From Paramoeba atlantica (taxonomy: Eukaryota > Protista > Discosea), in contig CDRNVI010000048.1 of assembly GCA_977017575.1 (NCBI GenBank), positions 255,757 to 319,756 on the forward strand: a DNA stretch of 64,000 nt, given 5' to 3'. Below are positions 40,201 to 49,314 of this stretch, piece after piece. Each line of letters begins with the position of its first letter. Within the stretch, counting starts at the first letter, position 1. Under the pieces are notes generated by a model. That model saw nothing but the letters and a program-made list of their open reading frames with translations. It did no database searches and was not told where the DNA came from. The translations under genes were made by a program, and so were the position numbers.

Positions 40201-40834
40201 AATTGTTGCGGCCCCTGCAGTTTTTGGGGTGAGACTTGAGCTTGTTCTTGGCGTAGTGTCTGCCACAATCTCTGCAGAGGAATCTTCCCTCTCCCTCCCA
40301 CCACTCGTTTGGAATGTTTTTGCCGTGTCGATGAGCTACATGGTGATAAAATGCCTGCCATTTTCCGCTATGTGGTGGGGTTTTCCACGTACATCCTTCT
40401 GCTGGGCATTGACGTTCTACATCCTTCTGCTGCGTATTGGCGTTGTGGTATGTGGTAGGGGCAGAATCAGTATTCTTGCGCTTTGTAGCCTTAGTTGGAG
40501 AGAAAATGTGGGCGGATGAGGCCTCCGAAGTAATTCCCACGTTGTTTGCCACGACAAGGGAGTGATTTGTCTCTTCGTCCGCGGTCATTCTGCCTGTGTC
40601 CGGTGTAGGTTCCTCTGCCGCGATCTTGTAGGCTCTTTCGGTCCAGTGTTTAGGTACGTTTTCGGGGATAGGTGTCGTATACAAAAGTTCATTGTAGGTG
40701 CTTTGGCCGGAAATCAGGTGAGCGTTTCCTGCGAATTGGTCCCAATCTCCGGGTTTGTGTGACATTTGTTCCTGGCGAAAAGAGTCATCATCCATTGGTA
40801 ACGCGTTGGCATCAAAGGAATCATCGGGCGGCAT
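37244..40834 (-). CDS. Family B polyprotein, 1196 aa
   Basis: Intact ORF. Confidence 0.95.
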   Translation of the reverse strand: MPPDDSFDANALPMDDDSFRQEQMSHKPGDWDQFAGNAHLISGQSTYNELLYTTPIPENVPKHWTERAYKIAAEEPTPDTGRMTADEETNHSLVVANNVGITSEASSAHIFSPTKATKRKNTDSAPTTYHNANTQQKDVERQCPAEGCTWKTPPHSGKWQAFYHHVAHRHGKNIPNEWWEGEGRFLCRDCGRHYAKNKLKSHPKNCRGRNNSGRSLAPPTARPQNAEENPTDNLPSLGSICALPMSTCKDVPHCCRFLWASILTQSLTSAVKENTVEAWTLLAMLPKCVLPAPFRGGRKGHTSYSTYVENRMKLWLAGEYLLLWEDAQRDHYKKRSRSRDSEIDADRAAIRAELLARQGEFSRGMAALTAAPMAPDNADTLEKLLEKHPDPHENPLQNDLPPIEGNPLHLEETEVKKAIVSFRRGSSAGTMGLRPEHLQAAILEHVDKDVNPLSALTRLVNHMLQGKAPQDVQSFYAGARLCALEKGEDDVRPIAAGETLRRLVSKAACISIKEKAGTLFNGRQYGVAAPAGAERVIHLCRRAMLNNLGSDNFVFCKVDLRNAFNNVSRPVLTLTTRLNFPELSPWVEWCYSNVSCLTYRDNVIPSAEGVQQGDPLGPLLFSLVLSSVTEEISSRSNLDTQLWYLDDGVLIGEAEEVRKALDVFSNVGSRCGLFLNPSKCEIITPPASSHLTGLFPEIPKTKTRTDGNFDILGSPIGSAEHCVEFLRSEAIEPARETLDAIGFIGDPQVAMSLIRQCTGFCQMVYALRTTPPQALSELCNSLDENVLKAAEWALFPLDSHARDQIQRKKRNGGFGLRSSLLHATAAYVSSVAHAADADDWDPSEAEGFTISVQDVNRKAGVELVDPGTGRIPKQNKPHPESSQRHNLTSRSKRPRHILNNMDADKTAEPEMVIPRQQQLSQAISQQEFTTAYGQADPRTRARWVSQSGKGAGSWAFVTPSRSKGFAFTPTEFRTLSRWWFGMDIYGQDRPCTANGCSLPLQKNGEHALLCKNGHGLITRHNALCVEFASFCSKANMAPQREKSLGNRGPGGGLTRPADVFLPTYTLGKGMVLDFAVTHAQQTKYLDSVRNASWVAAGSFAEHYSETKEKQRQEAEEAQLGFTAMVVESFGSWSKSAMAVLWKVGALRANSSKGLLTDAQARNDLLKELNVTLMRSQARMMVSRIVVSDPQAPLEGE

Positions 40835-40876
40835 GGTGCGACCCTAGTAAGCAATAAAGAGAAAGAAAAATTAATT

Positions 40877-40907
40877 CAACAAGGTACAGAAACTGTATCT
40901 TTATCGT

Positions 40908-40909
<2 letters not shown>
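40877..40909 (-). other. Retroposed SL exon, 5'-shortened
   Basis: TAACGATAAAGATACAGTTTCTGTACCTTGTTG. Confidence 0.8.
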
Positions 40910-40911
<2 letters not shown>

Positions 40912-40938
<27 letters not shown>

Positions 40939-41144
40939 GCAATTAATAAGGGGGGAGATGTATGAAACGCGGCATTGCCTCTATATTACCCATTATGCGA
41001 ACCAAGTAGGTCCATTGGGGGGGATATGAATGTATGTAAATTTCTTAGTTTTTCCTCCTTCCACAAGCAATCAGCCCACCCCAAACTAGCAAACAATTTC
41101 CCCCCACGAAGCCGCCTCCCTGAAGAGAAATGCAGTGAAAAGTC
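40912..41144 (-). mobile_element. ~205-nt non-autonomous module F (SINE-like), copy 1
   Basis: Same sequence and same 5' end (GACTTTTC...) at 40939-41144, 46030-46235, 52934-53138 and 60197-60401; carries a variant of the shared 3' tail plus poly(A). Confidence 0.7.
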
Positions 41145-41694
41145 TTTTTTTTTTTTTTTTTGCAGCCGTCTTTTGCAATTAATAAGGGGGGAGAAGTATG
41201 AATCGCGGCATTGCCTCTATATTTTGACCCAGTAGACGAACCAAGTAGGTCCATTGGGGGGGGGGGTATACGAATTGAAAACAAACAATCAAATTAGCAA
41301 TTCTTTTTCTGTCCACAGATGTACCTTTTTTCTCAGCCCAAAACTAGCAATTTAGTCTCCCCTAAGTATATACTACAAACAAGAAAAACAGTAAAAATTA
41401 AAACAAGCAATCCATGCCCAATCCATTCGCGCGTTCCGGACCGGGTCTTTCGACCACTCCACGGCCTGACTTGTGAACCCTTCCCTTGTTATATGGGAGG
41501 GCGCAGGCGCGGGCCTGTGTCGACAGCGACACGGTCGCGAAACAGGATGCTGGCCGACGGGGAGGAGATTCACTGCCCGTGTACTACCTCACTTGGGGTA
41601 CCTAGCCCTCGCGAGCTAGGCGTGAGTATAGACTCTGTCGACGCGACCAGCACCCTAATCGTCTTGTTACCCTAGAGGACCATGCCTGTGGGCC

Positions 41695-44600
41695 CTACTC
41701 CCCTTCCAGGGGAGCTTGGGGGTCACTGACGACTATCCGGGAGACCATCATGCGGGCCTGAGAGCGCATGAGTGTGACGTTAAGCTCTTTCAGAAGGTCA
41801 TTTCGGGCTTGAGCATCCGTGAGAAGACCTTTTGACGAGTTGGCGCGCAGTGCTCCCACCTTCCATAAGACCGCCATTGCGCTTTTACTCCACGAGCCAA
41901 AAGACTCGACAACCATGGCCGTGAACCCTAGTTGTGCTTCTTCTGCTTCTTGACGTTGTTTTTCCTTCGTTTCTGAGTAATGCTCGGCGAAAGACCCTGC
42001 AGCCACCCAGCTAGCATTCCGGACAGAGTCCAAATACTTTGTTTGCTGTGCGTGGGTGACTGCGAAGTCTAGTACCATGCCTTTCCCTAGAGTGTACGTG
42101 GGGAGGAAAACGTCAGCCGGTCTGGTGAGACCCCCTCCTGGCCCCCGATTTCCTAGACTTTTTTCTCGCTGGGGAGCCATGTTGGCCTTGCTGCAAAAGG
42201 AGGCGAATTCTACACAAAGCGCATTGTGCCGCGTGATGAGGCCATGTCCGTTCTTGCACAATAATGCATGCTCCCCATTTTTCTGTAGGGGTAGGGAACA
42301 CCCGTTTGCTGTGCAGGGGCGGTCTTGGCCATAAATGTCCATGCCAAACCACCAGCGCGATAACGTGCGGAACTCGGTTGGTGTGAAAGCAAAACCTTTA
42401 CTCCTTGAGGGCGTGACGAAGGCCCAGCTCCCAGCTCCCTTTCCTGACTGTGAAACCCATCGTGCTCGGGTGCGGGGGTCGGCCTGGCCGTAGGCTGTAG
42501 TGAATTCCTGCTGCGATATGGCTTGGCTCAGTTGCTGCTGCCGGGGTATAACCATTTCCGGCTCGGCCGTCTTATCCGCGTCCATGTTGTTGAGTATGTG
42601 TCGTGGGCGTTTGCTTCTCGAGGTGAGGTTGTGTCTTTGGCTGGACTCTGGATGTGGTTTATTCTGTTTCGGGATGCGTCCTGTACCGGGATCCACAAGT
42701 TCTACCCCCGCCTTTCTATTCACGTCCTGCACGGAAATGGTGAATCCCTCGGCTTCTGAAGGGTCCCAATCGTCTGCATCGGCGGCGTGCGCAACGGAGG
42801 AGACATATGCTGCTGTTGCGTGGAGGAGAGAAGACCTGAGACCAAAACCCCCGTTGCGCTTCTTACGTTGGATTTGGTCACGCGCGTGGGAATCCAGAGG
42901 GAAAAGTGCCCATTCCGCGGCTTTTAGAACATTTTCATCAAGGGAATTACAAAGCTCAGAAAGCGCCTGAGGGGGTGTCGTGCGAAGTGCGTAGACCATT
43001 TGACAGAATCCAGTGCACTGCCGGATGAGGGACATGGCTACTTGTGGGTCTCCTATGAAACCTATTGCGTCTAATGTTTCGCGTGCGGGCTCAATGGCTT
43101 CTGACCTGAGAAACTCCACGCAATGCTCCGCTGACCCAATCGGGGAGCCCAAGATGTCGAAATTTCCATCAGTACGAGTTTTAGTCTTCGGTATCTCTGG
43201 AAATAATCCTGTGAGATGGGATGAAGCAGGCGGTGTTATTATCTCACATTTCGATGGGTTTAGGAAAAGTCCGCATCGGGAGCCAACATTGGAAAAAACA
43301 TCGAGCGCCTTCCTGACCTCCTCAGCCTCCCCTATGAGTACCCCGTCATCTAGGTACCAAAGTTGAGTGTCTAGATTCGACCGAGACGATATTTCTTCTG
43401 TTACACTGGATAGTACTAGAGAGAAGAGAAGAGGGCCTAGTGGGTCTCCTTGTTGTACCCCCTCTGCCGAGGGTATGACATTGTCTCTGTAGGTAAGACA
43501 GCTCACGTTGGAGTAACACCACTCTACCCAAGGTGAGAGTTCGGGGAAATTTAAGCGCGTGGTTAGGGTGAGAACAGGCCTGCTGACGTTATTGAAAGCG
43601 TTTCTTAAGTCCACTTTGCAGAAGACAAAATTGTCACTCCCCAGGTTATTGAGCATGGCTCTCCGGCAGAGGTGGATAACTCGTTCGGCTCCCGCGGGGG
43701 CTGCTACACCATATTGTCGCCCGTTGAACAGAGTACCCGCTTTCTCCTTTATCGAGATACATGCCGCCTTGCTTACGAGGCGTCTAAGGGTTTCACCCGC
43801 TGCGATTGGTCGAACATCGTCCTCGCCTTTTTCCAGGGCGCAGAGCCGGGCTCCAGCGTAGAATGATTGGACGTCTTGTGGCGCTTTTCCTTGAAGCATG
43901 TGGTTCACTAGTCGCGTGAGGGCCGAGAGAGGATTCACATCCTTGTCCACATGTTCCAAGATGGCTGCCTGGAGGTGCTCTGGACGAAGGCCCATTGTGC
44001 CGGCTGAAGATCCCCTGCGGAAGCTGACGATCGCTTTTTTGACCTCTGTTTCCTCTAGGTGTAGGGGGTTGCCCTCGATCGGTGGTAGATCATTCTGCAA
44101 GGGATTTTCGTGTGGGTCTGGATGCTTCTCCAAGAGCTTTTCGAGGGTATCTGCATTGTCTGGCGCCATGGGGGCTGCGGTTAGGGCTGCCATTCCCCTG
44201 GAAAATTCCCCCTGGCGGGCCAAGAGTTCGGCTCGAATTGCCGCTCTGTCTGCATCGATTTCGGAGTCGCGTGATCTGGAGCGCTTTTTATAATGATCCC
44301 TCTGGGCATCTTCCCATAGCAAGAGGTACTCCCCCGCTAGCCACAGTTTCATGCGGTTTTCGACGTACGTAGAGTATGATGTGTGGCCTTTGCGACCGCC
44401 TCGGAAAGGTGCTGGTAGGACACACTTAGGGAGCATTGCGAGAAGTGTCCATGCCTCTACCGTGTTTTCCTTCACTGCGGATGTCAAGGATTGCGTGAGG
44501 ATGCTCGCCCAGAGGAATCTGCAACAGTGTGGAACGTCTTTGCAGGTACTCATGGGAAGTGCGCAGATGGAGCCGAGTGATGGCAAATTGTCTGTTGGAT

Positions 44601-45285
44601 TTTCTTCTGCGTTTTGGGGACGTGCCGTTGGTGGGGCTAATGACCGTCCGGAATTGTTGCGGCCCCTGCAGTTTTTGGGGTGAGACTTGAGCTTGTTCTT
44701 GGCGTAGTGTCTGCCACAATCTCTGCAGAGGAATCTTCCCTCTCCCTCCCACCACTCGTTTGGAATGTTTTTGCCGTGTCGATGAGCTACATGGTGATAA
44801 AATGCCTGCCATTTTCCGCTATGTGGTGGGGTTTTCCACGTACATCCTTCTGCTGGGCATTGACGTTCTACATCCTTCTGCTGCGTATTGGCGTTGTGGT
44901 ATGTGGTAGGGGCAGAATCAGTATTCTTGCGCTTTGTAGCCTTAGTTGGAGAGAAAATGTGGGCGGATGAGGCCTCCGAAGTAATTCCCACGTTGTTTGC
45001 CACGACAAGGGAGTGATTTGTCTCTTCGTCCGCGGTCATTCTGCCTGTGTCCGGTGTAGGTTCCTCTGCCGCGATCTTGTAGGCTCTTTCGGTCCAGTGT
45101 TTAGGTACGTTTTCGGGGATAGGTGTCGTATACAAAAGTTCATTGTAGGTGCTTTGGCCGGAAATCAGGTGAGCGTTTCCTGCGAATTGGTCCCAATCTC
45201 CGGGTTTGTGTGACATTTGTTCCTGGCGAAAAGAGTCATCATCCATTGGTAACGCGTTGGCATCAAAGGAATCATCGGGCGGCAT
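41695..45285 (-). CDS. Family B polyprotein, 1196 aa
   Basis: Intact ORF. Confidence 0.95.
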   Translation of the reverse strand: MPPDDSFDANALPMDDDSFRQEQMSHKPGDWDQFAGNAHLISGQSTYNELLYTTPIPENVPKHWTERAYKIAAEEPTPDTGRMTADEETNHSLVVANNVGITSEASSAHIFSPTKATKRKNTDSAPTTYHNANTQQKDVERQCPAEGCTWKTPPHSGKWQAFYHHVAHRHGKNIPNEWWEGEGRFLCRDCGRHYAKNKLKSHPKNCRGRNNSGRSLAPPTARPQNAEENPTDNLPSLGSICALPMSTCKDVPHCCRFLWASILTQSLTSAVKENTVEAWTLLAMLPKCVLPAPFRGGRKGHTSYSTYVENRMKLWLAGEYLLLWEDAQRDHYKKRSRSRDSEIDADRAAIRAELLARQGEFSRGMAALTAAPMAPDNADTLEKLLEKHPDPHENPLQNDLPPIEGNPLHLEETEVKKAIVSFRRGSSAGTMGLRPEHLQAAILEHVDKDVNPLSALTRLVNHMLQGKAPQDVQSFYAGARLCALEKGEDDVRPIAAGETLRRLVSKAACISIKEKAGTLFNGRQYGVAAPAGAERVIHLCRRAMLNNLGSDNFVFCKVDLRNAFNNVSRPVLTLTTRLNFPELSPWVEWCYSNVSCLTYRDNVIPSAEGVQQGDPLGPLLFSLVLSSVTEEISSRSNLDTQLWYLDDGVLIGEAEEVRKALDVFSNVGSRCGLFLNPSKCEIITPPASSHLTGLFPEIPKTKTRTDGNFDILGSPIGSAEHCVEFLRSEAIEPARETLDAIGFIGDPQVAMSLIRQCTGFCQMVYALRTTPPQALSELCNSLDENVLKAAEWALFPLDSHARDQIQRKKRNGGFGLRSSLLHATAAYVSSVAHAADADDWDPSEAEGFTISVQDVNRKAGVELVDPGTGRIPKQNKPHPESSQRHNLTSRSKRPRHILNNMDADKTAEPEMVIPRQQQLSQAISQQEFTTAYGQADPRTRARWVSQSGKGAGSWAFVTPSRSKGFAFTPTEFRTLSRWWFGMDIYGQDRPCTANGCSLPLQKNGEHALLCKNGHGLITRHNALCVEFASFCSKANMAPQREKSLGNRGPGGGLTRPADVFLPTYTLGKGMVLDFAVTHAQQTKYLDSVRNASWVAAGSFAEHYSETKEKQRQEAEEAQLGFTAMVVESFGSWSKSAMAVLWKVGALRANSSKGLLTDAQARNDLLKELNVTLMRSQARMMVSRIVVSDPQAPLEGE

Positions 45286-45327
45286 GGTGCGACCCTAGTA
45301 AGCAATAAAGAGAAAGAAAAATTAATT

Positions 45328-45383
45328 CAACAAGGTACAGAAACAACAAGGTACAGAAACTGTATCTTTATCGTTAAGAGAGT
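45328..45383 (-). other. Full SL followed by 16-nt relict SL (TTTCTGTACCTTGTTG)
   Basis: The relict begins exactly after the SL's internal CAG. Confidence 0.8.
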
Positions 45384-45398
45384 TTGCGTGCAGCCGTC

Positions 45399-46021
45399 TT
45401 TTTTTTTTTTTTTTTTATTTCCACAGAAGTATATTTTCTTTTTCTTTTTTCTAAGCCCAAAACTAGCAATTCAATCTCCCCTAAGTATATACGACAAACA
45501 AGAAACAGTAAAAATAAAAACAAGCAATCCAGGCCCAATCCATTCGCGCGTTCCGGACCGGGTCTTTCGACCTCTCCACGGCCTGACTTGTGAACCCTTC
45601 CCTTGCTATACGGGAGGGCGCAGGCGCGGGCCTGTGTCGACAGCGACACGGTCGCGAAACAGGATGCTGGCCGACGGGGAGGAGATTCACTACCCGTGTA
45701 CTACCTCACTTGGGGTACCTAGCCCTCGCGGGCTAGGCGTGAGACTTCACCCGCTTCTTTCCCTCACTTCCCCCCCCCCCGAGCATCCATCCGCGCCTTC
45801 CAAACTTTGCCCTCCTCTTTCCCTCACTTCCCCCCAGAAATCAATCCGCGCGTGCTCCACCCCTTCTTCCAGCAGTGCGCGCTTCGGACCGGGTCTCTCG
45901 ACCTCTCCACGGCCTGGCTTGGGAACCCTTCCCTTGTTATGCGGGAGGGCGCAGGCGCGGGCATGTGCCGACAGCGGCACGGTCACGAAGTTGGGTTTTG
46001 ATCGCCGGATTCGGATGAATG
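45399..46021 (-). mobile_element. Chimeric UTR-only module: C-type 3' UTR (45417-45743) joined without poly(A) to a G-type UTR piece (45743-46021)
   Basis: The sequence switches at ggcgtgag|acttcacc and ends at ggatgaatg before T8. Confidence 0.8.
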
Positions 46022-46235
46022 TTTTTTTTGCAATTAATAAGGGGGGAGATGTATGAAACGCGGCATTGCCTCTATATTACCCATTATGCGAACCAAGTAG
46101 GTCCATTGGGGGGGATATGAATGTATGTAAATTTCTTAGTTTTTCCTCCTTCCACAAGCAATCAGCCCACCCCAAACTAGCAAACAATTTCCCCCCACGA
46201 AGCCGCCTCCCTGAAGAGAAATGCAGTGAAAAGTC
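46022..46235 (-). mobile_element. Module F copy 2
   Basis: As 40939-41144. Confidence 0.7.
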
Positions 46236-49139
46236 TTTTTTTTTTTTTTTTTTTTTTTGTCTTTTTTACTTACTTTCCTACTTACTTTACTTCGCCCTTA
46301 TCAACTTCGCCCGCTTCTCTCCCTTATCTCCACCCCTCAAAGAAACCATCCGCGACTTTCCGACTTCACCCGCTTCTTTCCCTCACTTCCCCCCCCCCCG
46401 AGCATCCATCCGCGCCTTCCAAACTTTGCCCTCCTCTTTCCCTCACTTCCCCCCAGAAATCAATCCGCGCGTGCTCCACCCCTTCTTCCAGCAGTGCGCG
46501 CTTCGGACCGGGTCTCTCGACCTCTCCACGGCCTGGCTTGGGAACCCTTCCCTTGTTATGCGGGAGGGCGCAGGCGCGGGCATGTGCCGACAGCGGCACG
46601 GTCACGAAGTTGGGTTTTGATCGCCGGATTCGGATGAATGTTCCGAATCCATACCTGTCTCACATTGGGGTACCTTGCTCGTGAAAGCGAGGCGTGAGGA
46701 TAGGCACTGTCGGCTCGATCGGCCTCGGGCCGCTCTGGAGGCTATTCCTCCAGAGTTGCGATGGGGTCTTCGGAAGGTGAACGAGCAACCATCATGCGCG
46801 CTTGAAAGCGCATAAGGGTTATGTTTAGTTCAGCGAAGATTCGGCTCGTTGCCTCACCTTCCGAAAGTAGACCCCCCGAGGCGTGCGAACACCTCTCACC
46901 GACTTTGCGGAGCACGGCTGAAGCGCTGGGGCTCCAGGCGCCATAACTTTCGACAACCATGGCCGTAAAGTCGCATCCTGCCTCTACGGCTTCTCGACGC
47001 TGCTTGCCCTTCTCCATTGAGGAATAATGTTCGGCAAATGACCCCGCGGCAACCCAGCTAGCGTTTCGGACTTTGTCCGTATATTTTAATTGCTGAGCAT
47101 GGGTGACCGCGAAGTCAAGCACAATGGGATTTCCAAGAAAAAGGCTGGGCAAGTATATGTCGCCAGGTCTGGTGAGGGCCCCGCCTGGGCCCCTGTTCCC
47201 GAGACTCTTTTCTCGTTGAGGGGCGAGGCGGGCTCGACTGCACACGTCCGCGAACTGGTCCGTAACAGCGTTGTGCCTGGTCACAATACCATGGCCATGT
47301 TTGCAAGACAGTGCATGGTCCCCTTTGCTGTCAAGGGGGAGCGAGCATTTCGGCATGGGGCACGTGCTATCTTCATGGTAGATGTCCACGCCTAACCACC
47401 AACGGGCCAAAGTTCGGAATTGTGTGGGGGTAAAGGCGTGCCCAAGGTCTTTCGAAGGAGTCACAAAGGCCCAGCTGCTCGCTCCCGTGCCACACTGGGA
47501 GATCCACCTTGCACGGGTTCGTGCGTCAGTTGTCTCATATTCCTGGGAAAAGGCATGGGCTGCAATAGCATAACTGATTACCCGCTGGCGCGGGATCTTC
47601 CCTTTGGGCCACTGTGGGGGTAGCATGTCCTGGCATTCTTCAGAACCGTAGAGGGGAGTCGAGAGTGGGTAGGCATCCGTGGGTGTGTTGGCCGTGCGGG
47701 AAGTCGTACGAAGAATATGTCCCGGAGGCTCGTCCGGGGGGTGAGGATCATTCCCTGGCGGAGGGCGCCTTCTCTTCCGGTAGGAGTACGGCGCGCTCAG
47801 GGCCTTCTCGCATGGGGCGTTGGGAGTCGTGAGAACACGACCTCGGGGATCGAGGAGAGCAGTGCCGGCCTTCTGATTGATGTCGAGGATGGCCTCCGAG
47901 AAACCTTCAGCGTCTGTGGGATCCCAGGAATCTGTGGCAGAGGCAAAGGCGACGGATGCAACGTAAGCCGCGGAAGCGTGGAGAGCTGCGGATCTCAGAC
48001 CTAATCCCCCATGACGCTTCAGTCGCTGTGCTTGAGATTGTGCTGACCTGTCCAGAGGACAGATGATTGCCTCTATAGCGGTCATGAGAAAGTCGTCTAA
48101 ACGGGAGCAAAGGTGAATCAGGGACTGTGGGGGCGTGCTTCTCATGGCATACACCATTTGACAGAACCCCGCACATTGACGAATTAGGGCAAGCGCGACC
48201 TGGGGGTCCTGAATGTTGGTGATGGCATCGAGGGTATCCTCGGCTGGTTCTAGGGCGTGAGAAAGAAGATAAGCAGAGCAGTGGTCGGCGGATCCTACAG
48301 GACTCCCTAGTATGTCAAAGTTCCCCTGCGAATTGATCTTCTCGTCGGGTATGTCTGGGAAGTAATCAGCCTGGTGGGCCGAGCTGGGGGAAGTAATAAT
48401 TTCGCATTTCGACGTATTGAGATACAAGCCCCATTGAGGTCCTACTCGGGCGATCGTGTCTAGGGCGTCTCTAACTTCCTGCGCCTGGCCAACGAGGACG
48501 CCATCGTCGAGATACCAGAGTTGGGCGGGAATATCAGTTTGAAGGTTAATGGCTTCTGAGAGCTCCAGGGCCACTAACGAGAAGAGCAATGGTCCTAGGG
48601 GATCGCCCTGTTGTACTCCTTCCTCGGAGGAGATGAATCGGGCCCCGTAGGTAAGAGAGATGGGGTCGGAATAGCACCAATTGATCCAAGGGAAGAGTTC
48701 CGGGAAATATTCCTGTACTAGTGGAAGGAAGGCAGCCCTGCTTACGTTATTGAAAGCGTTACGTAGGTCCACTTTGCACATGACGAAGTTCGGGTTTTCC
48801 ATATTGGACGACATGGCCAGGCGACACATGTGAATGACTCTTTCGGCCCCGGCTGTCGCTGCCACTCCGTACTGTTTGCCTTCAAAGAGCTCGCTCGCTT
48901 TGGGTCGGATTGCGTTGCATACGGCTTTGCTCGCTAATCGCCGAAGGGTTTCACCGGCAGCGATCGGACGAACATCATTTTCGCCCTTTGATAGGGCGCA
49001 TAAGCGCGCCCCTGCGAAGTGCGCCTGTACTTCAGAGGGTGCCTTCCCAGCTAGGAGGTGATTTGTTAGCTTTGTGAGGGATCGGAGAAAGTCATTTCCG
49101 TGTACGAGCAGTGCTGCCTGTAGGTGCTCTGGGCGTAAG
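46236..49139 (-). mobile_element. CRE-like family G copy 1, 5'-truncated
   Basis: ORF 46742 to ~49139 (RT-CCHC-RLE) is open upstream of the track's start up to LRPEHLQ; structured UTR at ~46495-46720. Confidence 0.9.
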
Positions 49140-49314
49140 TTCCTCTTTAAGTAGTTCCTCTTTTTTTTTTTTTAGCAAATCTTTTTGTTTCCACAGATGT
49201 ACCTTTTGTTTTTTTCTCTCAGCCCAAAACTAGCAATTTAATCTCCCCTAAGTATATACTACTTCTTTTTACACTTTTTTACTACTTTTTTTTACTACTT
49301 TTTTTTTTTTCCTC

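Larger units (their letters stand above)
36701..40909 (-). mobile_element. Family B copy 3 (SL-capped, intact)
   Basis: T23 tail; SL at 40877-40909 (33 nt) followed by GC and T27. Confidence 0.95.
41171..45383 (-). mobile_element. Family B copy 4 (intact, double SL)
   Basis: 1196-aa ORF; full SL at 45344-45383 plus relict SL at 45328-45343. Confidence 0.95.

Noticed and set aside
13093-45383. SL repeats as a genomic SL RNA gene array
   Set aside because: No copy is followed by a GT donor, intron or Sm site; each runs into an element-specific 5' UTR.
18351-46300. CRISPR-like array of recurring short repeats
   Set aside because: The repeats are element termini kilobases apart, with no regular spacers and no cas genes.
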